63,054 bases of DNA. Origin: Arthrobacter sp. GTDB lineage: Bacteria; Actinomycetota; Actinomycetes; Actinomycetales; Micrococcaceae. The translations under genes were made by a program, and so were the position numbers. This document shows positions 27,978 through 37,321 of this stretch, piece after piece. The notes under the pieces are model-generated. The model had not been told where the DNA came from. It made no database searches and saw only the letters and a program-made list of their open reading frames with translations. Every line of letters starts with the position of its first letter. Positions within the stretch are counted from its first letter, which is position 1. The stretch lies in contig DATNBS010000201.1 of assembly GCA_035571895.1 (NCBI GenBank), forward strand, positions 1 to 63,054, written 5' to 3'.

Positions 27978-29003
27978 ATGCGCATCATCCCCGGGCTTCA
28001 GGTCGTCAGAGTATCCGAGACGACACTGCGGATTGGAGGACGCGACGACGGGTTGTGGATATCCGGGCTGACCACGGCGGACCAGGACTTCATCGCGTCC
28101 CTCGCCTCGCCGGGCCGGGGCCCGGCGGCATCCGGTGCCCCGGATCAGCCGGGGGCCCGGCCCACACTCCCCGACGCCCGACGCCGCGACCAGCTGCTCG
28201 AGGTGCTGGCTCCCGTCCTGGAAGAACCCTTCCGGCTCCCCGGCGCCCTCGGGGCCACGCTGGCGCCCGACGTCACCGCGTTTTCGGCGGCCTATTCCAC
28301 GCCGGCGGGCCAGCTCGTCAGGAACCGCAGCCGGGGGACGGCCAGGATCTGGGGGCTGGGGCGCTGCGGACAGGCCGTCGCGGCGCTGCTGGCCGCCTCG
28401 GGGATCGGCGCTCTCTGCCTTCACGATGACCTGCCGGTGCAGGCCGGGGACATCGGCGCGGGACCACTGCGCATCGCCGATCTGGGCAAGGCGCGTACCG
28501 TCGCCGTGGCGCACCGGATCGGACAGCTGTGGCCGCGCACCCGGCTGGCCCGGTGGGAGCCGACGGCCGACGACACGGGCCTGGGAGCGCAGGTGAGCGT
28601 CGTCACCGCCTGCGACTCGTTGCCCGACCCCCTCGCCGACCACCTCGCTGCGACCCGCGTCCCGCATCTCCCGGTTCTGTTCGGTCCGTCGTGGGCGCGC
28701 ATCGGCCCCTTGGTCATCCCGGGATTGACCACCTGCCTGGATTGCGCCAAGACGGACCGCACGCTTCCGCCGGATCTGCCCCGCACGGCCGGTTGCCCCC
28801 GGTCGGGAAGTTCGACGGCCGAGTTGGCGCTGTCGGCCACGGCTGCCGGATTGGCGACACTGCAGGTCATGATGCTGCTCGACGGGGTCAACGTGCCCAC
28901 CACGGTCGATGCGGTCCTGATGGTGGACCTGTCTACCGGCGGCGTCCACCGCGTTCCGGTCGAGGCACGGCCGGGGTGCACCTGCATGATCCCCGCGGCG
29001 TGA
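27978..29003 (+). CDS. ThiF/E1-like (TOMM-associated) protein
   Basis: GLGRCG nucleotide-binding loop, IGPLVIPG, CLDC and C-terminal CTC. Confidence 0.75.
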   Translation: MRIIPGLQVVRVSETTLRIGGRDDGLWISGLTTADQDFIASLASPGRGPAASGAPDQPGARPTLPDARRRDQLLEVLAPVLEEPFRLPGALGATLAPDVTAFSAAYSTPAGQLVRNRSRGTARIWGLGRCGQAVAALLAASGIGALCLHDDLPVQAGDIGAGPLRIADLGKARTVAVAHRIGQLWPRTRLARWEPTADDTGLGAQVSVVTACDSLPDPLADHLAATRVPHLPVLFGPSWARIGPLVIPGLTTCLDCAKTDRTLPPDLPRTAGCPRSGSSTAELALSATAAGLATLQVMMLLDGVNVPTTVDAVLMVDLSTGGVHRVPVEARPGCTCMIPAA

Positions 29004-29015
29004 AGCCGCCGGGCT

Positions 29016-31136
29016 TCAGGCAGGTGCTGATCCTGCACCGAGGATCTCCAGGACATCGGTGCCGTAGCGTTCGAGCTTCGCCGATCCGACGCCGGAGACC
29101 TTGGACAGGGCCGTGGCCGTCTCGGGCATAGCCTCGGCAATGGCCATCAGGGTCGCGTCGGTGAAGATGACGAAGGCCGGCACCTCCGCCTCGCGCGCCG
29201 TGCGCAGCCGCCAGTCCCGCAGGGCCTCGTAGACGGCCTCGTCGTAGGTCGACGGGCAGTCCAGGCAGCGGCCGAGCTTTCGTTCCGCGGCGCTGCCCAG
29301 CAGCGTGCCGCACACCCGGCAGGTCGGAGGGGTGGCGGCCTTGCGCCTGCGGACTCCCCCTCCCGGTGTCCGCGCCGCCACCTTGCTGGAGGACTGCGGG
29401 CGCAATCCGTCCAGGAAACGCGAGGGCCGGCGGCTGGCTCGCCCGCCGGGTGTCCGGGCGGTCGACCAGGTCAGGGACAGGTGCTTGCGGGCACGGGTGA
29501 TGCCGACGTAGAGCAGCCGGCGTTCCTCGTCGTAGTCCCCCTGGTCCTCGGCGAAGGAAATGGGCATCAGCCCCTCGCTGAGCCCGACGAGGAACACGGC
29601 GTCCCACTCCAGGCCCTTGGCCGAGTGCAGGGAGGCGAGCGTGACGCCCTGGACCGTCGGTGCGTGCTGGGTAGCGGCCCGTTCATCGAGTTCGGCCACG
29701 AACTCGAGCAGGGTGAAGGGCGTCTCCCGGTCGGCCCGGGCGGTGGCCAGTTCGTCGGCGAGCGCGACGAGGGCGGACAGGGACTCCCACCGCTCCCGCA
29801 CCGCTCCACTGGCGGCAGGGGCCTGCGGGGAGTAGCCCAGCGAGGCCAGCACGTCGCGGCATAGCTGGGCAACGTCGTCGTCCGCTGGTTGCCGGGACGC
29901 AGCCCGCAGGGCGAGGACCGCGTCCCGGACCTCGCGACGTTGGAAGAACCGTTCCCCGCCGCGCAGCTGGTAGCCGATCCCCGCGGCGGCGAGGGCCTGC
30001 TCGTACGCCTGCGATTGGCCATTGGTGCGGAAGAGCACGGCGATGTTCGCCGGGGGGACCCCATCGTCCAGCAGGGCCTGGATGCGGCGGGCGACGTGTC
30101 CTGCCTCGGCCTCGTCGTCGCTGCATTCGGTGAATTCCGGTTCCGGCCCCGCGGGTCGTTGGGCCAGCAGTTCCAGGGGCGCCGCCCACTGCACGTCCCG
30201 CCCGGGGGCGCCGGGCTCGAGGCGGCGCGAGGACAGCAGCTGGTTGGCGAGGCCCACCACCTGGGGGGTGGAGCGGTAGTCGCGCACCAGGCGGACCACC
30301 GGTGCCTGCGGGTGCTCGACGGTGAAGTTCAGCAGGTGCGCCGGTGTGGCTCCGGTGAACGAGTAGATGGTCTGGCTGGCGTCGCCGACCACGCAGAGCT
30401 CGTCGCGTCCACCGAGCCACAGGTTCAGCAGCCGCTGCTGGAGCGGTGAGACGTCCTGGTACTCGTCGACGACGAAGTGCCGGTACTGCTCGCGGACCGA
30501 GGCGGCGACGCGCGGGTCCTCGTCGAGGATGCCGACGGTCAGCAGCAGGACATCCTCGAAGTCGATCACGTGGCGGTCGGATTTCACGTCCTCGTAGGAC
30601 TGGAAGAGCCGGGCGACGGTGCGGTGGTCCAGCCCTGCCGGCTCCGCACGTCCGGCGGCGGCCTCGAGGTAGCCCTCCGGGGTGTGCATGGAGACCTTGG
30701 CCCATTCGATCTCCGCAGCCAGGTCCCGGATGGAGGCGCGGTCGGTGGAGATGCGCAGCCGGCGTGCGGCCTCGGCCACGAGCTGCGCCTTGTGGTCCAC
30801 GATGGCCGGCAGTTGCCCGCCGATCGCCTGCGGCCAGAAGTACTGCAACTGGCGCAGTGCCGCCGCATGGAAGGTGCGGGCCTGCACTCCCCCGGCCTCC
30901 AGGTCGCGCAGCCGGGTGCGCATCTCGCTGGCGGCACGGGACGTGAAGGTGACGGCCAGGACCTGGTTCGGCTTGTAGACGGCAGTATGCACCCCGTAGG
31001 CGATGCGGTGCGTGATGGCGCGGGTCTTGCCCGTCCCGGCGCCGGCCAGGACGCAGAGGGGCCCGTTGAGCGTGGTCGCGACGGTCCGCTGTTCCTCGTC
31101 GAGGCCGCCGAGGATGCGCTCTTCCAGCGTGGTCAT
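29016..31136 (-). CDS. uvrD2: ATP-dependent DNA helicase UvrD2
   Basis: AGAGTGKT, DEYQD, HSAKGLEW, tetracysteine CRVC..CLDC, HRDC domain. Confidence 0.95.
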   Translation of the reverse strand: MTTLEERILGGLDEEQRTVATTLNGPLCVLAGAGTGKTRAITHRIAYGVHTAVYKPNQVLAVTFTSRAASEMRTRLRDLEAGGVQARTFHAAALRQLQYFWPQAIGGQLPAIVDHKAQLVAEAARRLRISTDRASIRDLAAEIEWAKVSMHTPEGYLEAAAGRAEPAGLDHRTVARLFQSYEDVKSDRHVIDFEDVLLLTVGILDEDPRVAASVREQYRHFVVDEYQDVSPLQQRLLNLWLGGRDELCVVGDASQTIYSFTGATPAHLLNFTVEHPQAPVVRLVRDYRSTPQVVGLANQLLSSRRLEPGAPGRDVQWAAPLELLAQRPAGPEPEFTECSDDEAEAGHVARRIQALLDDGVPPANIAVLFRTNGQSQAYEQALAAAGIGYQLRGGERFFQRREVRDAVLALRAASRQPADDDVAQLCRDVLASLGYSPQAPAASGAVRERWESLSALVALADELATARADRETPFTLLEFVAELDERAATQHAPTVQGVTLASLHSAKGLEWDAVFLVGLSEGLMPISFAEDQGDYDEERRLLYVGITRARKHLSLTWSTARTPGGRASRRPSRFLDGLRPQSSSKVAARTPGGGVRRRKAATPPTCRVCGTLLGSAAERKLGRCLDCPSTYDEAVYEALRDWRLRTAREAEVPAFVIFTDATLMAIAEAMPETATALSKVSGVGSAKLERYGTDVLEILGAGSAPA

Positions 31137-31140
31137 GCGT

Positions 31141-32091
31141 TCAGTTCTCCATCTGGCGTGGTTCGGGCAGCGGCCCACCGTACCAGTGTTCTATGAGGGC
31201 GCTGGAGATCGAGACCCCGGCCGGGACGCCGACGGAACCGTCGACGATCTCGCCGGCGAGTTCCTCCCGCGTGAACCACCGCAGGTCGATGATCTCCTCG
31301 CCGTCGGGCACGACGGCGGTGGACTCGGCTTCGGCGGTGAACCCGAGCATGAGCGAACACGGGAACGGCCAGGGTTGGGACCCCGCATACCGTGCGGCCC
31401 GCACCCGGATGCCTGCTTCCTCGCCGACTTCGCGCACCACGGCTTCCTCCAGGGATTCGCCGGGCTCCACGAATCCTGCCAGGGTGGAATAGCGGTGCCC
31501 GCCCCACTGCGCGTTGGCACCGAGCAGCAGCCGGTCCTCGGCGTCGGTGATGGCCACGATGATGGCCGGGTCCGTCCGGGGGAAGTGCTGGGAGCCATCC
31601 CGCGGGCAGAGCCTGACCCACCCGCTGTGCACGACCTCCGTGGGCGATCCGCAGCGCGGGCAATGCGTGTGCATGGCATGCCAGTTGGCGATGGCGACCG
31701 CTTCGACGAACATCCCGGCATCGCGGGCACCGAGCCCTGCGGCGACATCGCGCAGGCCCAGCCAATCGGCCTGGAGCCTGTCGGCGTCCGGTGCCTCCGG
31801 CAGGTCGGCCAAGACGATCTCCCGGTCCGCCGAGCGGCCCAGGTAGACCAGGAGTGCGTCCGCCGGCACCTCCCCGGTTCCCACAAGCACCAGTTGGCCG
31901 CCGTGGACCGGTGCCCGGCCCTTGGCCAACAGGAGCACGCGCGTTTCGGCGTCGTCCATCAGGGACGGGAGCCAGGCCTCGTCGATGCGCCGCTCGCAGC
32001 CCCGGTCCACCTCGGTCCGGGCCAGCGGCAGGTTCCCCAGGAGCGGGTATTCGAGGTGGGGTTCTGCGGCTGGTTCCTGGCGAAGTGTCAT
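31141..32091 (-). CDS. nudC: NAD(+)/NADH diphosphatase
   Basis: CPRCG, FPRTDP, Nudix box GFVEPGESLEEAVVREVGEEAG, SQPWPFP. Confidence 0.95.
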   Translation of the reverse strand: MTLRQEPAAEPHLEYPLLGNLPLARTEVDRGCERRIDEAWLPSLMDDAETRVLLLAKGRAPVHGGQLVLVGTGEVPADALLVYLGRSADREIVLADLPEAPDADRLQADWLGLRDVAAGLGARDAGMFVEAVAIANWHAMHTHCPRCGSPTEVVHSGWVRLCPRDGSQHFPRTDPAIIVAITDAEDRLLLGANAQWGGHRYSTLAGFVEPGESLEEAVVREVGEEAGIRVRAARYAGSQPWPFPCSLMLGFTAEAESTAVVPDGEEIIDLRWFTREELAGEIVDGSVGVPAGVSISSALIEHWYGGPLPEPRQMEN

Positions 32092-32317
32092 GTCCCTACC
32101 GTACTGAGCTTGGCCACCTGTCCGCACACCGGCCCCTGCGATGTGGACACCGTCCGGACGGCGCTCCCGGTGCCTTCATGCCGGTCTTCGTGTTGGCCTT
32201 CGTTTCGTGGTGTGACGTGGACGCAGCCCCCGCGTTGCCTGTGCACTGCCCGTGATTCCGGCGACTCGCCGCCCCGGGCGCACTGCTGCGGGGCCCGCGC
32301 GGCTTACGGTTGGGTAC

Positions 32318-33916
32318 GTGAAAAGATCTCCCATGGAACTGGCCGCCATCGCGACCGCAGCGGTGCCCGGGTTGACCCCTGTCGGCGTCGCAGGCATCCC
32401 GGACGATCCCGACGACTTCGACTCGGCGCTCATCATCGATGCGCAGGAGAACCGGTGGCGCGTTCGCTCGCCCCGCCACGAGGAATCCAGCATGCGCCTG
32501 GAAACGGAGCTGACCGCCCTGCGGTCCTTCACCCCGGGGATCCGCGCATCCCTGCCCTTCCGGCTGCCGTCCGTTGCCGGAACCGTGCGTCAGGGAAGCC
32601 TCCGCACCTTCGTGTACAACCACCTTCCCGGCGCCGTGATGGACCTCGAGGACCTGGTCGCCGCCGGCGGGCCCACCGCCGCGGACATCGGGCGGGTCAT
32701 CGCCGCGATCCACGCGCTGCCGGAGGACCTGGTCGACCGGGCCGACCTGCCGGTCTACACCGCCAACGAATTCCGGCAACGGCGGTTGAACGAACTCGAC
32801 CAGGCGGCCACGACCGGGCGCATTCCCCCGCGCCTGCTCCGTCGGTGGGAACATGCCCTGGAGGATGTCGCCCTCTGGCGTTTCAACCCGCGCGTCGTGC
32901 ATGGGGACCTCCACGAGGAAAACCTGCTCCTGGAGCAGGGCAAGGTGGCCGCGGTGACGGGATGGACCGATGTGCGCATCGGCGATCCCGCCGACGACTT
33001 CGCCTGGCTCGCGGCCGCCCACGAACAGTCCTTCACCGACTCGGTCGTGGAGTCCTACACCGCCAGCCGCGGGGAACTGGCCGACCCGCACATCATGCGC
33101 CGCGCCGCACTGGCCGCGGAGTTCGCCCTGGCCCAGTGGTTCACCCGGGGCCTGGCCACCAACGACGCCGAGCGCATCGTCGAGGGCGAGCAGATGCTGC
33201 GCGACCTCGACGAGGACATCGCCGAATACGGTGGCCAGCCCATCAGCATCGTCGAGCCACCCCGCATGGACATCAACGGCCACCCCCTGCCGGCCGAACC
33301 TGCCGAGGAGCCGACGGCGGAGGACGATGGCCCCGGGGAAGCGCCGGCAGACGAGGCCGGGCAGCCGACGCCGGCCATCGCGGCACGCGCCGGGGTCCCC
33401 CCGCACCCGACCGTGCCCCCGAAGGCCGGCGAAGCCCGCGTGTCCCACTGGGGACCGGCCGAGACAGGCGTCCCGGAGTCCGACGCGGCGGACCGGATGG
33501 CGGCTGAGGGCGACCCGGCCGGCGGCACTCCGATGGCAAGCGGCGGGGAACCGGGCGACGGCACGGCATCGGTGGACCAGCATGATCCGGCTGACGGCGA
33601 GGAGCCGGCGAAGGTCCCGACCACGGCACCCGGACAGGGTGGTGACGCGACCGGGGACGGGCCGGACGAGCAGAAGGCTGCGTCAGCGGGCGACGCAGCG
33701 GGAGCCGACGATGCACCGGAGGCCGACGACGGCCCTGCCTTCCTGCGCGACATCGACGTCCTCGACGAGGCCCCTGCTACTGCTGCCGATGCCGATGCCG
33801 AAGAGGGGCAGGATTCCCCGGTGGGCTCCGGGGCCGAAACCGATGCCCTCCCGCTGATCGTCGTCGACCCCGACAAGGGCACGGCACGTCCCGCCCAGAA
33901 ACCCACGGAAAGGTAG
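32318..33916 (+). CDS. APH/macrolide 2'-phosphotransferase-like kinase with long acidic low-complexity tail
   Basis: VHGDLHEEN, GDPADDFAWL; about 200-aa Ala/Asp/Glu/Pro tail. Confidence 0.85.
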   Translation: MKRSPMELAAIATAAVPGLTPVGVAGIPDDPDDFDSALIIDAQENRWRVRSPRHEESSMRLETELTALRSFTPGIRASLPFRLPSVAGTVRQGSLRTFVYNHLPGAVMDLEDLVAAGGPTAADIGRVIAAIHALPEDLVDRADLPVYTANEFRQRRLNELDQAATTGRIPPRLLRRWEHALEDVALWRFNPRVVHGDLHEENLLLEQGKVAAVTGWTDVRIGDPADDFAWLAAAHEQSFTDSVVESYTASRGELADPHIMRRAALAAEFALAQWFTRGLATNDAERIVEGEQMLRDLDEDIAEYGGQPISIVEPPRMDINGHPLPAEPAEEPTAEDDGPGEAPADEAGQPTPAIAARAGVPPHPTVPPKAGEARVSHWGPAETGVPESDAADRMAAEGDPAGGTPMASGGEPGDGTASVDQHDPADGEEPAKVPTTAPGQGGDATGDGPDEQKAASAGDAAGADDAPEADDGPAFLRDIDVLDEAPATAADADAEEGQDSPVGSGAETDALPLIVVDPDKGTARPAQKPTER

Positions 33917-33919
33917 GCG

Positions 33920-36900
33920 CTACGGCCTGGCCGCTTCCGCCCCGGCCAGTGACCCGGCGACGAGTTTTTCCAGCGCGGCGGCGTCCGCCAGGTGTTCGGG
34001 CCTGATCGTCACCCCGCGGCCGACGTAGTAGAAGGCTGCCTCCACGCTCTCGAGCGGCACGTCGTGGAGCCGCGACCATCCCAGCCGGTAGACGGCCAGT
34101 TGCAGCGACTTGATTTCCAGGTCGCGGCCCGTGGGCACGCGGCCGGTCTTCCAGTCGACGAGCGTCCACACGATCCGCCCGTTCTCGTCCCGCTCCTTGA
34201 AGACGGCATCAATGCGCCCGCGGACGTTGACCCGCCCGACACGGGTCTCCAGTGGCACCTCGACGAAGGCCGGTTGGCGTTGGGCCCATTCGGAGGCCAG
34301 GAACTCGGCCTTCATCTCCTCGAGTCCGTACTGTTCCTCGATGTAGGCATCGGCGGCGCCTGGGAATTCACCCAAGTCGAGCATGCCGGTCGAACCGTAG
34401 TAGTCCTCGATCCAGGCATGGAAGGCCGTTCCCTTGCGGGCCGCCACGCCGGGTCGGCGAGGGACCGGTCGACGCAGTTGCTCCAGGACTTGGCTGGCAT
34501 CGGTGGCCAGGTCGACGAACAGCGAGGCGCGGACGTGTTCCGGCACGCCCGTGGTTTCCCGCGCCGCGTTGCGCTCGCGTTGCGCCGCGAGGAGTAGCCC
34601 GGCTTCCTGGTTCCATGCGCGGCCGAAGGCCGTCGTCACCGGCGCGTCGTCCCCGCCGCCGTGCGCCCGCAATTCCAGCTGCCGCTCGACCTCGGCCGCC
34701 GCGGCCTCGAGTTGCCGTCGGCGTCCGGCACGCCGGGGCTGGACGACCCCGGCCCGGACGACCACTGGTCCCTCGAGCGGGTCGTACGGCCAGCTCGACT
34801 CCAACGGTTCCTCGCGGAAGGGATTCTGTTCCGGGGCGTCTTCGTCCTCGCACCAGCTAGCGACCCGCGCGCGGGGCGTCGGTTCACCGGCCAACGGCAA
34901 CAACTCCCGCAGGAACATCGACGGTTGCGTGGGCTTGGAGCGCGACCCGGTCCAGACCGTGGCCGAACACAGCAGCAGGTCCTTCGCCCGCGTCAGCGCG
35001 ACGTAGGCCAGGCGCCGTTCCTCGTCCTCGCCGTGGGCCAGTACGTCCGCGCGGAAGGCCCCTTCGGCCTCGACCGCGTCGAAGAGGCATGGCTGGTCGG
35101 TGTCCCACTGGGGCAGGTCGTTGCGGTCGCCGCGCAGCGGCCAGGGAAGGGCCCCGTCCTCCTTGGTCCAGCGCGAGTCCGTGGTGGAGGGGAAGATGCC
35201 CTCGTTCATGCCCGGGATCGCCACCACATCCCACTCCAGGCCCTTCGAGGCATGGATGGTCAGCAGCTGCACGGCCTCGGTGCTGGCCTCCTGCTGAACG
35301 ACCTCGAGGCCTCCTTCCTTGGCGGCGGCGGCGTCGAGCCAGGTGAGGAAACCGGCCAGATCCGCCCCCAGGTCGGTATCCGAATAACCTTCGGCGACAT
35401 CGGCGAACGCGTCCAGGTGGCGACGTGCCGCATGGATGTCGGCGCCGGGCTTGGCGGCGACCTCGATGTCGAGCAGCAGCGTGCGCTCGACCTCGTGGAG
35501 CAGGGTGGGCAGGTCGTCGGAGGCGAAGCTGCGCAGGTAGCGGATCTCGGCCTGCAAGGCCCGCAGCCGCTCCAGTGCCACGGAGGTCAGCCGGCGGCCG
35601 GCCGAGGACGTCCAATCGGCTGACGGCAGGCGGTCCAACGCCTCGATGAGGCTGGCTTCCTCGGACAGTTCGCTGCGCGCCTCGGCCCGGCTGTCGGCGG
35701 CGTCACTGTCCGCGCTGGCGATATCGATCTCCCGCGCCTCGCGGATGGCCGCCTCCCGGCGACGCGCCAGGAAGCGAGACCAGTCAGCGAAGGCCATCAG
35801 GTCGGCTGGTCCCAAGCGCCAGCGGGCTCCGGCCAGCAGCCGCAGCAGAGCGTCGGAACGCAGCGGGTCGACCAGGACCCGCAGCGTGGCCACGACGTCG
35901 ACGATTTCCGGCATCGCCAGCAGCCCGCCCAGGCCGACGATCTCATACGGGACGCCCCGCCGGGTCAGTGCCTCCGCGATGCCGGCGAGGGCGGACCGGG
36001 TGCGGCACAGCACGGCCATCGTCGGGGGCTGGCCGTGCGCGGTGATGAAGTCCTGGCGTTCGTCCACGAGGCGTCCGGCGAGCCCGGCCGCCTCGTCGGC
36101 GCTGGTGGCAAAGCGGGCCAACTCGACCCGGCCGGTCCCGGCAAAGGGGCTCTGGACCAGCGGCGGGACGGTGATCGCGGACGAGGAACGGTTCGGGTCG
36201 ATGCGGTTCAGCGGTGCGGAGACGGCGTTGGCGGCCTCGAGCACGTTGACGGAGTTCCGCCACGCGGTGGTCAGGAAGGCTACCGCGGAGGGGATCCTGC
36301 CGCCGTCGGGACCGGTGGCCGAGAATTCCTGGGGGAACCGGAACAGCTGCCCGGCGGAGGCACCCCGGAACCCGTAGATCGACTGGTTTGGATCCCCGAC
36401 CGCCGTCACGGCGTGCCCGCCGGTGAACAACGAGGAGAACAGGACCATCTGGGCGTGGGAGGTGTCCTGGAACTCGTCCAGCAGCACCACCTTGAAGCGT
36501 TCGCGTTCTGCCTGCCCCGCAGCCGGCACGGTCCGGGCGATGCGCGCCGCCAGCGCAACGAGGTCGCCGTAATCCAGGACGTTGCGCTCGGCCTTGGCCC
36601 GCGCATAGCGGACCGCCAGGTCGGCGATGGTGGCCCGGGTGCGCAGCTTGTCCAGCAGGGCCGTCGCCTTCTGCGCCGGGGGCGTCTCCTTGCCGACACG
36701 GTAGGGCAGCGCGGCCAGGCGTTCGACCTCGGACAGCACGTGGTCGCGGGCCGTGACCGGATCGACCAGATGTTCGGCGCATTCCCCGGCGAACTGCACG
36801 ACGGCGTCGACGAGTGTCGCCTTGGCGGCCCGGAGGTGCTCGTATTCGCCGTCGTACTCCTGGACGACCTTCAAGGAGAGTTGCCAGGCCTGGGCACTGC

Positions 36901-37321
36901 CCAGCAGCGTCGTGTCGGACTCGACGCCGATGCGCAGTCCGTGGTCCTGGACGAGCGTGTTGGCGTACGAGTGGTAGGTGGAGACGGCCGGTTCCAGCGG
37001 GGCGTCGTCCTCGGGGGCGGGCAGGATGCCGCTGTCGGCCAGGCGTGCCAGCTGTTGCCGGATGCGCTGGGCCAGTTCGCCGGCGGCCTTGCGGGTGAAG
37101 GTGACCCCGAGGATCTGGTCCGGCCTGACGTGCCCGTTGGCCACGAGCCAGACCACCCGGTCGGCCATGGTGGCCGTCTTGCCGGATCCGGCACCGGCGA
37201 TGACCAGCATCGGGGCCAGCGGCGAGGAGATGATCGCCGATTGCTCAGCGGTGGGCTGGTGCTGGCCGAGCAGGTCGGCCAGTTCCTCCGGCGTGTACCG
37301 GCACTGTTCAAGCTGGTTCAT
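33920..37321 (-). CDS. adnB: helicase-nuclease AdnB
   Basis: AGAGSGKT, DEFQD, HASKGLEW, GRIDAV..VDWKTG..QLAVY. Confidence 0.9.
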   Translation of the reverse strand: MNQLEQCRYTPEELADLLGQHQPTAEQSAIISSPLAPMLVIAGAGSGKTATMADRVVWLVANGHVRPDQILGVTFTRKAAGELAQRIRQQLARLADSGILPAPEDDAPLEPAVSTYHSYANTLVQDHGLRIGVESDTTLLGSAQAWQLSLKVVQEYDGEYEHLRAAKATLVDAVVQFAGECAEHLVDPVTARDHVLSEVERLAALPYRVGKETPPAQKATALLDKLRTRATIADLAVRYARAKAERNVLDYGDLVALAARIARTVPAAGQAERERFKVVLLDEFQDTSHAQMVLFSSLFTGGHAVTAVGDPNQSIYGFRGASAGQLFRFPQEFSATGPDGGRIPSAVAFLTTAWRNSVNVLEAANAVSAPLNRIDPNRSSSAITVPPLVQSPFAGTGRVELARFATSADEAAGLAGRLVDERQDFITAHGQPPTMAVLCRTRSALAGIAEALTRRGVPYEIVGLGGLLAMPEIVDVVATLRVLVDPLRSDALLRLLAGARWRLGPADLMAFADWSRFLARRREAAIREAREIDIASADSDAADSRAEARSELSEEASLIEALDRLPSADWTSSAGRRLTSVALERLRALQAEIRYLRSFASDDLPTLLHEVERTLLLDIEVAAKPGADIHAARRHLDAFADVAEGYSDTDLGADLAGFLTWLDAAAAKEGGLEVVQQEASTEAVQLLTIHASKGLEWDVVAIPGMNEGIFPSTTDSRWTKEDGALPWPLRGDRNDLPQWDTDQPCLFDAVEAEGAFRADVLAHGEDEERRLAYVALTRAKDLLLCSATVWTGSRSKPTQPSMFLRELLPLAGEPTPRARVASWCEDEDAPEQNPFREEPLESSWPYDPLEGPVVVRAGVVQPRRAGRRRQLEAAAAEVERQLELRAHGGGDDAPVTTAFGRAWNQEAGLLLAAQRERNAARETTGVPEHVRASLFVDLATDASQVLEQLRRPVPRRPGVAARKGTAFHAWIEDYYGSTGMLDLGEFPGAADAYIEEQYGLEEMKAEFLASEWAQRQPAFVEVPLETRVGRVNVRGRIDAVFKERDENGRIVWTLVDWKTGRVPTGRDLEIKSLQLAVYRLGWSRLHDVPLESVEAAFYYVGRGVTIRPEHLADAAALEKLVAGSLAGAEAARP

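Noticed and set aside
27978-29003. RiPP/TOMM biosynthetic cluster
   Set aside because: No YcaO, dehydrogenase, transporter or precursor peptide; the gene sits in a conserved housekeeping block
27896-32150. DnaA-box-like 9-mers (TGTGGATAC 27896, TGTGGATAT 28054, TGTGGACAC 32142)
   Set aside because: Isolated 8/9 matches, one inside a CDS; no cluster or origin context
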